A DNA stretch of 64,000 bases from Hydrolagus colliei (Eukaryota): positions 2,232,001 to 2,296,000 of the forward strand of contig CM068769.1 of NCBI GenBank assembly GCA_035084275.1. Reading direction: 5' to 3'. The stretch's first letter is position 1. The number at the start of each line of letters is the position of its first letter. The position numbers and the translations under genes were made by a program. Shown in pieces: positions 52,386-62,787 of this stretch. The notes beneath the pieces are model-generated. The model saw nothing but the letters and a program-made list of their open reading frames with translations. It had not been told where the DNA came from and did not search any database.

Positions 52386-54168
52386 GATTCTCAATCGGCG
52401 TTGACTCACGATGACGTGATAGTTCGAAATGCAACGATAAATGTGCTGCAACTCAGCACCTCGATTATAGCCTTTTATTCATTTCAGGAGTCGACAATGA
52501 GCCCTGCGTCATTACCTTGTCCCTGTTCATTGCTGGAGACGTTTTGCGACTCCCCCTATCGCTTTCCGTTGTGGTTAGAGTAACTCCGCTAACCTTGCCC
52601 CCCCCCCCCCCCCCCCCCCTTGCCTCATCCCCTTGCCACGTTGAAAGCACATCTCAGAACCTTCCTATTCGACTGGACCATTGGTAAATAAACTGTTCTC
52701 CCAGCCCTCCTTCCTCCCCAAAGTGACAAACAACTCTTGCCCAAATACCAGAATGTTAAGCAACTTTTGTTTCATATTGTAAAGGGATTCATTTGAATCA
52801 GCAGAAATGTCCTGTTTAAATGAAATGTCAACTTAGGTCTAATTTTGATTTAGGACTTTTTGTTTTTAACAAACGTGTGTTTTGTTTTGCCTTTCACAAC
52901 TGTTTCCCAGAAACAGAAACGAATAAATTGAACTGAAAAGTTATATCTGTTTCATCATCTTTTCTGTCAAAGTGACAATAGGTGTTTACCAAACACCTGA
53001 TGGACAGAAACCGCCTCTATTTGAAGTTTCGCCTTGGGACGTCGCCGGTGACATAAAAATCGCTCAATAAATGCAACGTTGTTGTTGTTTGATGATGTCG
53101 TACCAAACAAGAAGGCATATCCAAATAAATAGGCCCGTTATTGAGAATAACTTGGGGGGATTATATTAAATTCTATGAGTTCCAATTCATTAATCAGTGT
53201 TTGAACTCAGTATCATCTGACTCAGAGGCAAATGCACTGTAAATAGAGCATGACTGACTACATCAATGAAATACACTCTCCTTCAAGTTAAATTATCCTT
53301 AACTCAGTGTACACAGATTAGCATTATTCTGACTACCTGCCACCAGTATTAGAGAAAGGATTCCTGAAACATCGAGTGAAAGAGCATCTGTAGAAATATC
53401 TAATTACAAAGACTAAATGTTCGATAAAGACCGTGACAATGGGAATACGTGCATTGGATTGTTCGCATTATCATGTCTTCTGGGGGACTCGAAGCGCTTC
53501 ACTGATTATTTTCTAAGATGAATTTCCCATATATCTTGAGGGCGAAATCTGCAAGACGATTGTGCATATCAGTCTACCACAAACATTATAATTGGATGAA
53601 AGTCCCCTTTGCTCTTCATATTTATTATTTTTGAAATAATTGTTCCCACAGAAAAGCGATTCAGCAATTCAATAACAATTAGTTTCCTATTTATTGCAGT
53701 TGTAATTAGGGAGTCAGTGATTTAATATTAGGAGGTCAGCCTTTTCGCACAGAAGGACATGTTTCTTCACTCATATGGTAGTAATGAGTGAAGGTAGAAT
53801 TCCATAAATTCACTCATAAGATAGTGAATTTATGGCTTCTCGACGCCCCCAAAAGCTGCAGACGTTCGGTAGTTGAACATATTGCAAGACAGAAATTGAC
53901 AGATTTGCTATGGATAGAGGGATTAAGAGATGAAGGGATTAGGCAGGGGCAGTTTGAGTTAGATTAGAAGATAAATTATAAACTTTTTGAATGGCGGAAC
54001 AGGCTGGAGGTGTCAAATGGCCTGCTCCTGCTTGTTATTCTTATGTTCTTGTACATATAGAAACGCTTATTAATTTTTTCTTGCAGCAATGATGCCCCCT
54101 CGCGGTTTAGCAACAAATTAAACAGTTGATGTTTTTGTACGGAGCCCCCATAACACATCAACAGTGTG

Positions 54169-54456
54169 GGCGTCGTGGCACAGTACTAAACAGCAATGTC
54201 ACTGATCAGGACTGTGCCAATCCACGGTTCGAAACCTTCACTCATTTATTGACAGTGGAGGAACATCGAGCTGGGAAGTCAGGATTCCTGTGAACTTTAG
54301 TCGCTGTCCCCGAAATACACACACAGGAGCGTGGCTGGAAGCTTGTCTGTACCAGAAGATAGCATAGACATCACTGATTTGGTTGAAGCTGCAGGACAAT
54401 TTCACATCTTGTGCGTCTAGAATCGATATTTCAGTCATCGATTGTTTCCACATTTC
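54169..54456 (-). pseudogene. TRAV/TRDV: TCR V pseudogene V15 (distinct family)
   Basis: KLSCSF...FWYRQA in one frame and DIAV*YCAT in another (frameshifts, stop). RSS 54130-54168: CACACTG-23-ACAAAAACA. Leader not confidently found. Confidence 0.82.
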
Positions 54457-55129
54457 CTGTAGGCTGCTTCCTGTGATTGAAATCGACAAGGTTATTGAGC
54501 AGCAACTTTGTTTTATAAAGGGATTCTGCTGCTCGATGGTTATAACACTAGCCACATAAGAGAGTAGAGCCAGATTGGATTCCTGAGCAGCGCAATTTCT
54601 CAGCTAAAATTATTTTCTCCGCATGCCACTGTCATCCTACTAGTAACTAGAATGCCAGGTATTAGTCAATTCGCGGATTGCTAATCTGGTGCAAATCATT
54701 CATAAATATAAATAAATAAGAATAATGTTAATTTCGTCACTGAATCCGTGAAGGTTTCTCGGGTACTGTTGAGCGAATTTGGTTGTTATTTTGCACCCAG
54801 AGAATATTTTGTAAATTCGCTTTACGGTATATTGTGGAGCGCGTTGTGATGTCTCAAATTTGTGCACAAGCAATTCATAGAATCCCAACTATCATTAATA
54901 TTATTATTAGTTTTGCTCTACTGAAGCCTTTAGCAGATATTATGGGAAAATAGTAAAGGTATAAGAAGGTTACATACGAGAAATTATGCTGAAAATTACT
55001 GAGAGCACAGCACACGTTTTCCACAGGAGCATTTTCATCCTGTGTCTGACATCAACTCTCAAACGTGTGGCTGTTTATATAGTGAAAATGATTGAAATGT
55101 AGAGACACTCACTCACTGCCCCGCCCACA

Positions 55130-55345
55130 TTGACACAGCTACTCCCACACAGAGACCCGCCCACACAGAGCATCGCCCAGACAGATTCCCGTCCACATGT
55201 AACCCCGCCCACACGCATCTCCGCCCACACATAGTCCCAGCCACAGGGGGCCCCGCCCACAGAGAGTCCGGCCCACAAGGTGCCCCGCCCACGCAGTCAC
55301 TGCCACTCTCAGACAAAGCTCCTCCCACAGAAGTGAGTTGGACAC
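55130..55345. repeat. GC-box-like tandem repeat (CCCGCCCAC core, about 20-bp period)
   Basis: About eight degenerate units are visible. Confidence 0.75.
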
Positions 55346-55858
55346 CACCTCAACCCCCCACCTCCTCCTCCTGTGTCATATTCTGTGAAGCGTATTGTTC
55401 ATCTGGCGTGAAGCGTATTGTTCATCTGCATCTTGCACAGGGACACTCGTGATCACTTGATCAAGGAAACGTGGATTAGGGCTATAGTTGTAGTTTCTCA
55501 GGAATGTAGAAGAGTTAAAGGTAATTTCATACTAAACATTAAAATTGTTATTTGCCGATAAATGCGGCAGCAAATTCCCCACATCAGCGTCCCACAGGTG
55601 GCTTGTAGTGGAGAGGAACAACTTCTTCAAAGGAATTCTTATCCCCAGAAAGTTGATTCGGCCAATCCATCACAAACCGGGTTCTTACATATTTCAATGT
55701 AAATAGATGTGTGTGGAGTAAGGCGGTTTGCTGAGTGTTTCACGCTGCGGAGATTCCAGGTTAGGTTCTCTTGTTTGCAACGCAGGTGCTCCACCCATTG
55801 AGCTGCAGGAACCTCAGCAAATGTTTGTACTGATCCTTCGTAAACGCACATCACTGTG

Positions 55859-55950
55859 ATCTCCGCACAGAAGTAGGTGGCGGAGTCAGATATTCGCACG
55901 TCTCCGATCGATAACGTGCTATTTTTTCCAATCACCAAAGCATTCATCCA
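55859..55950 (-). pseudogene. TRAV/TRDV: 5'-truncated V relic V16 (FR3 only) with retained RSS
   Basis: KNSTLSIGDVRISDSATYFCAE followed by CACAGTG-23-ACAAACATT (55820-55858). A SINE lies immediately upstream. Confidence 0.85.
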
Positions 55951-56699
55951 CTCCTTCGGCGTCCCCGTCCTGCAACATTAACTCAGTAGGAGTGGAGTGC
56001 TGTAGCTTAGTGATCAGAGCAGTCGTCTTACAAGTGTGAGATATGTGTTCAAATCCAAGAAATTCAGAGCAGAATATTTGGCAAGTTTTCTTACTCCATA
56101 CCCCAATAGCAGCAGCTTCATAGCATCCCCCCGCTCACCCTTTTTCTCTTCCTCTCTCAGTCTCGTTCTCTACTATCGCTATCTCTCAGTTTCGGCGACA
56201 GATAATCCCTCTCAGCCACACTCACTCTCTCACAATCCTCCTGTCTTACATCCAATTCAGAGTCTCTCTTCTGTTATCTTTTCCTACTGTCACTCTCTTT
56301 CCCTTTCCCTTATTTACTTTGTCTCTATCCCCTGTGTTTTCCGCACATACTCGCTCTTCACTCTCACTTTCATTCTTTCCGTCTCTGGACTCCCACTCTC
56401 CCCATCTCTCTGATAATCTAGCTTTGTCGATCAATCAGATTCAAACACTTTCCTACCCGATCGTGTATGCAGTAAATACAGTAAAAGCATTTCTACTTCA
56501 ATCACTCACATTCACTCATTCGCGTTATCTTTTCCCTTCTCTCTGACACCCAATCTCTCCGATTGCCTCACTTTCTCATGCAATTGATCCCTCTCTCTTA
56601 CTTTCTCTCGCACATCCAATCTCTCTCTCCCATTCAGTCTCCACCACCCACTCCGTCACTCTCTCATTCTCTCTCTTTCACACACACAACCACATACAG

Positions 56700-57240
56700 T
56701 CCCTTTCTTCCTCTTTCTAAATCACACACTCACTCACTCACTCACTGCGTCACTCACTCACTCACTCAGTCATCACTCACTCTCTCACTCACTCATTCAC
56801 TNNNNNNNNNNNNNNNNNNNNNNNNNNNNNNNNNNNNNNNNNNNNNNNNNNNNNNNNNNNNNNNNNNNNNNNNNNNNNNNNNNNNNNNNNNNNNNNNNNN
56901 NNNNNNNNNNNNNNNNNNNNNNNNNNNNNNNNNNNNNNNNNNNNNNNNNNNNNNNNNNNNNNNNNNNNNNNNNNNNNNNNNNNNNNNNNNNNNNNNNNNN
57001 NNNNNNNNNNNNNNNNNNNNNNNNNNNNNNNNNNNNNNNNNNNNNNNNNNNNNNNNNNNNNNNNNNNNNNNNNNNNNNNNNNNNNNNNNNNNNNNNNNNN
57101 NNNNNNNNNNNNNNNNNNNNNNNNNNNNNNNNNNNNNNACTTACACTCAGTCACTCACTCAGTCACTCAATCAGTCACTCACTCACTCAGTCACTCACGC
57201 ACGCACGCACGCACTCGCTCACTCACACTCACTCACTTTA
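56700..57240. repeat. (TCAC)n microsatellite spanning an assembly gap (N 56802-57138)
   Basis: Direct observation. Confidence 0.95.
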
Positions 57241-57437
57241 TCAGTTTATCTCTCCCTGAAAGTTTCTCTTACTCAGTCTCTCTTTCTCAAACGGTCATAC
57301 GCAGTCTATGTGATACTCAGTTTCTCAGTGACAGATGCAGTGAGAGTAAATTGTGGTAACAGCGAAGTGCATTAACCAATGTGACGTTGGGAGTAGGAAA
57401 TATTAGTGAGAGCACCTCGCGGTCACCAGCCTCTGAG

Positions 57438-60400
57438 CTACACTCTGACCGTGGCGTAGACTATACCAGGGTCCACGTTGGTGTCACGGGCATTCTCACT
57501 CCTGTTTCCTAACACCAGATTGGCGTAGGTGATATCATCCTCCTGCAAACTGGTTAACAATTAGCAAACCTGCCGAAGGATAGTGGGAAACACCGATTCC
57601 TCCCTCTAACACCACTAACCCACCGCTGAGAGGCACCAAATTATAGATACTGTGTGTGTGTTTGGTTGCGTGAGTATTTCTCTCATTCATTCGTTCACTC
57701 ATTCAGTCTCCCAGTGTTTGTGTGAGTGTGTGCATTCGGCTTGCAGGATCGAACATTTGCATCCGCACAATCCAGTCCCCGTTTGCTTGTTCGCTTACCT
57801 GCGTCTCTCAAGGACGTGATCAAGACACCTCTCTGCTTCGACCAATGTCCTACCCATACCCTACCTGCCGACTGAATCCATATACCACAGCACAGGTCTA
57901 AATCCCTGACTGACTAGCGAATTGGGATGTACATACGCAGGTGCAAACATTTGCAGACAGGCACACAAAGACACACATGCATACAAATATGCACAAATAC
58001 ACGCACATATATATGTACAATTTAACACAAGTACACAGAAACAAACATACACATATAGGCACATACATACTCACAGATACAAACACAGAGACAAGCTGTT
58101 TCCTAGGCTATGCTGAGTCAGTCTCACACATAGCCTGAACTGTTCTTTATTCAGGTTTACACAGGGCGGTGCTCGACTGACACAGAATCGGATCTGGGCT
58201 AAGCCCGGCTGACACGGGGCGTGAGCTACACTGACAAAGCCTGCGCTGGCCTGATACAGGACCTAAGCTAGGCTAAAACAATGATTCTGTTACCACTCAC
58301 CTCTGGAGTCTCTGATCGTCGAGCTCTTCTCACTGTAGCACCTGAAACAACCACAAACGTGATTTATCAGCAGCAATGTTTCAGGAAAACTCACCGGTAA
58401 TGATTAATAATATTGACTATATCAATGCATACAACTTAGTATTATTAAAGAAAATAAGAACAATAATTATGCGACAGTGATTGAATATTAATTCTTGTAT
58501 TTAGAATAAATCCTTATAATATCGACAAACGATCCCAATGTGCTTCAGAATAGACGTGGTACAGTGGAGAGACCGTGTGTCCTCCCGATGGAAATGGCGC
58601 TCTGAAAAGTTGTTGGCGATTCTATTGTTGCCTTGTTATATAACAGATGGCCATAAATCCAATTTGCGCACACTAGGGACACACAGACACATAGTTAGAC
58701 CACATACAGACACACAGGTAGATACATACACACCCACAGCTTGACAAAGACAGACGGCAATGAGTCAGAAAGATAGAGTGAGGCTAACAGAACAATAATC
58801 ATAATAATCATCCTGGAATTTGATGTGGCCCTTTCCACATCTTCTAGAATTCTCAAAGCGCTAGACAGAATATACAGTGAATTTTGTGGGCGAAACGCGG
58901 CAGCCAATTGCGCACAGCAGTGACCACGAAAAGTCGGGGATTCAAATGCCCTCTCATTTGGAGGAGTTTGATGAGCAAGCGATGGATATGTATGGTGCTC
59001 AGTCCCATTGCTGAGCAGGTCTGTCTGTGACCGGCACCTTTCCTTCTCGGTTCAAACCCAGGAAACCTCTCACTCACATGTTATGTCTTCTGCGCCGCCT
59101 CCCGCAGGTACAATCCTGAAAAATGTATCATACAGGAAAGAGGAATACATTAACTGCTGTTTTATTCAAGAGGACAACAGAGCTCAGGTCTGGGCTTGTT
59201 TCGGCGCCAACAAAAAATATTGTCTGTCAACTAGGGAAAAATGGATCTGACAGGATTGATTCTGAATGAGCAACAAGGACACGAGGGGCTGAATGATCTG
59301 TGCATTATAGTATTGTGTGCAGTTATGGTCTCCGTTTGAAGAAAGGATGTACTCGCCTATTTGCGGCGGACGGTGGGTGGTGTACATAAACATAGATTCA
59401 CTAGGTTGGTACCTGGAATGAGGTAGGAGCTATGAGACTAAGTTGAGACATCTAGGCCTACGGTTTGTAGAATAATGAAGAATCAGAGGTGATCCTATAG
59501 AAACCTATAAAACTATTAAGGGGCACAACACATGAAATAGTGGGAGACAGTTCACCAGGTTGGAGAAAATATAACCAGGAACACAATATTACAATTATGG
59601 TTCAGCCCTTTCGCACAGAGTTACGGAAAAACTTATTTCAGGTATTCGTGAATTGATGGAAATCTCTACCCCCAAAGGGGTGTACATGCTCGGTCCTTGT
59701 AAATGAAAGTCGTGGTCGGGGTAAGTGGAGGGAGAGTATGAAAGGGTGAAGAATTAGAAGGATAACAGAAGGCACGGTCGAAGAGGATGTTCTTGAGACC
59801 GGCCTTGAAGGAGGAAAGAGAGGAAGTGAGGCAAAGGAATTGCAGGATGGAATCCCACTGGGTGGGAGCAGAGAGTGTGGCCTATTCCAGGACCACCGAT
59901 GGTGATGCGGTTGGGACGATGGACGTGGAGCAAGCAGTGCCTGATGAGTGATAGAGAGACATCAGTTCGGATCGATAGGCGGGGTTCAAGTCCTCGAATG
60001 GCCAGGAATGCGAGGGTGAAGATCTTGAATTCGTCCACAGACTGAATTCGTCTCGGACTCAAATTATGCATTTGGATAGCATCTCAAAAGCTCATCGCTT
60101 AAAATGGGAAAAAATGTCGCTCAACCTTATTTCTGCTTGCCCAGTTAGGACCACAGTTAGTGATTGCCTTGCAAAATGAGCGGCACAAATACATTATCTT
60201 CAATGCCTGGCCTGGACTTCTAAACCTTGACTGTGAGAGTTTTTTGATCACGATGGAGAGAGACCAATGAATTGTTTCAGAGTAGAGAGCTCAAGTTTCG
60301 AGCGAGAACAATGGGAGATATGTTGGGGGGAGAGAGAGGTAGAGAGAGTGAGCAAGGAATCAGATCAGAATAGAGAACTTCAGTGAGGGAGCTAGCAACA

Positions 60401-62787
60401 ACACAAACACGTTGCGGATACAACAAATAAAGGGGTAATTGAAGCAATGTACTTACATAGTGCTTTTATGTTTGCCTGTAAATACAAAATGTAATAAAGC
60501 TTAAAAATGATTAAGTAATTGCGGTGTATTGTTGCAAGATTAGCAATGATAACGCTTCCCTTTTTTCCAATGTCAAAATTCTTCATAAGCGATCGTTTTC
60601 AATAACACTTTCCTTTAAACAGCACCCCTACACCCCACCCACATACATTCACACAGAGACTCTGTCACCAGCTTGACAAGCAATAGATCTGAATATGTAA
60701 CCCTGCAGCACAAAATGTTGTGTAATTGTTCTCAATTCAGTCGCCTCTGTTTATCTAAAAACATCAACAACAGAAACAAATAAAAAACTACATCAGTAGG
60801 AACCCAGTTAGTGGATTTAGGGCGTCAATTTCCACCGAATAATAATCCCTCAAAACTAACAATGATAATAACAATCGGGTCATTCAATGCAAGGCTGTTG
60901 GTGGAAAACTGCTGTGCAAAGTTGGCATCTGAGTGAAAAAACATAGAGTCAGGTCACCTGCAAATATATCCTCTGAATGTTTTTTGAGAGATATAGAAGA
61001 AGTAGAGAGCACAATATCGAATGGAAGAATTATAACAGTAATTAACGTAATACTGATAATTATTACTATTGCTGGTTTTGTGGTATTACGATGAATATTT
61101 TAACGGCACTATTGTCATTATATTTATCAATATTTTCGTTATTATCATTAGTATTGGTGTCATTATTATTTCTGTGATCTTTGTTACTGAATTGTTATCG
61201 CAGTTCTCATGTAACAATCTACAGAAATAAACTGGATGGAAACAGATAGTGGTGTGCTCCAAATATGCCGCTTCCTTTATTTCCAACAATTCTACGCTAT
61301 ATTCCGTGACAATCATGAACACTCACCTCTATGATACACATAGAATCCAAGAATGATCACTATGATGATTATCGCAGTGAGAATCCCCACTGTCAGACCT
61401 GCTGTGTGCTTCCACGTCCAGTTTGCTGGAGAGGGAAATAGGCAAAGTGTTACTTGACGATTTGAAAAGCAAATGTCGAAACACAAATCATCATTTTAAA
61501 GATTTCAAAGAGGTACTATCTTCTCCTGACGTCTCAGGATGTGAAAGTGAATCAGAAATGTAAATGTGTGCTTTACGTTTCTCTGTTCTAATTGAAACAG
61601 TCGCATTCGCCACCAGCCTGACCTCATTATCAACGCGATTTGCTGAAAAAAAAATACTTGTCGAGCGCTATCACGTCAGGAGTACATTCCAAGGAGCCGG
61701 AACGTCACTGAGTCAGACGCGAGCTGGGGATGGGGGAAAGTAGGCATTAGGAGGTCCAGATGTGGCAAGCGAAGAGGAGGATGTTGAGGCGGAAATTGAA
61801 GGAGGCCAGGAAGGGGACGAGGCGTTGGGATTGCAGGATGGAGTTCCAGAGATGCGTGGCAGAGCAGCTAAAAGCTCGTCCACCATTGGTGGGGCGGATG
61901 AATCGCTGGACCTCGAGCAAGAGGCAGAGCCTGCTGAGCGGAGGGTGGCGGGCAGGTTGATAACCGAGTAGAAAGTCAGGGAATTAGGATGGGGCTAGAT
62001 TGTGGATTGCTATAAATATGAGGACCTAGATATTGAATTGGATCTTCTGGACGATGCAGAGCCAATGGAGTCGTGCGATTTTGGAGGAGATGGTGTCTCG
62101 AAGGTTGGAGCACTAGAGGGTACGGGCCGCAGAGTTCTGGATCATCTCCAACCTTAGCACGGAGGTTTGCGGAAGGCCGACAAACAGGGCATTGGCATAG
62201 TCAAGACGGGATTGAACAACAACAGCAACTTGGATTTAGACAGCGCCCTCCACGCTGAGCGGCCTCTCCAAGCGCTTTAGTGAAATAATCAATGCAAGAT
62301 TGAAGATTTTATCGGTCTTGTGTTGAGTTGGTTGCGGAGTCAGACAATATTGCAGAGTCAAATTGTTCATATGTTCATATGATCCACCGCTGTAAATGGT
62401 GTTTACAAGAGAAGCAGCTGCAAATTATCCAAAGGGAAACATGCTATTGTGTGAGAGTTTACTCAACTCTTATCCATTACAGAGATTTTACTCAACTCTT
62501 ATCCAGTACAGAGATTCCGACTCGATCACTCTCTCGTGAAGTGAATTCCCGGCCGCTTACGTGTATAGTATATTTACAGCAGTAATTTCTTGCCGTGACG
62601 TTCGATGAGGTGAATGTGGCCGTGTTGTTATTCTCTGGAGCTGGGCGTGATGCGCTAAACTCGCCGTCTCTGTAAAAAGAGAATGTGCTGCCACGATAAT
62701 TCCCAGAACCTGAGATCTGAGCGATATCTCCTTCCACAAATTCCCGGGTATCACTGTTCAGGGAAATGTTGGGTTTCTGCAGCGGAT
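57438..62787 (-). CDS. Inhibitory Ig-superfamily receptor (LRC/LAIR-like; C2 Ig + TM + 2 ITIM), 5'-partial, Ig exon possibly defective
   Basis: Four frame-compatible exons: 62503-62787 (Ig, phase 1-1), 61327-61425 (TM GLTVGILTAIIIIVIILGFYVY, phase 1-1), 58301-58341 (phase 1-0) and 57438-57542 (EDDITYANL...IVYATVRV*). All have AG acceptors; the TM and 41-nt exons have GTGAGT donors. Confidence 0.85.
59300..60060. mobile_element. CR1 3' fragment (about 59300-59690, +) and L2 3' fragment (about 59700-60060, -) in the receptor intron
   Basis: Similar to the 3' regions of the 39-41 kb CR1 and the 32-35 kb L2 (DEFKIFTLAFLAIRGL). Confidence 0.6.
61650..62250 (-). mobile_element. L2-type LINE 3' fragment in the receptor intron
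   Basis: gatggagttccaga...gagcagctaaaagctcg...gacctagatattgaattg is the reverse complement of L2 3' sequence. Confidence 0.65.

Noticed and set aside
23880-56100. tRNA genes
   Set aside because: A/B boxes lack a full cloverleaf and continue into SINE body sequence, so they are SINE heads.
56563-57375. 270-aa and 121-aa ORFs in the track
   Set aside because: Artefacts of translating a (TCAC)n microsatellite and an N gap.
60669-60975. Extra mini-exons in the receptor cytoplasmic region
   Set aside because: The 34-nt candidate (60669-60702) breaks frame and the 15-nt candidate has a weak acceptor. The TM exon already splices in phase to 58341.
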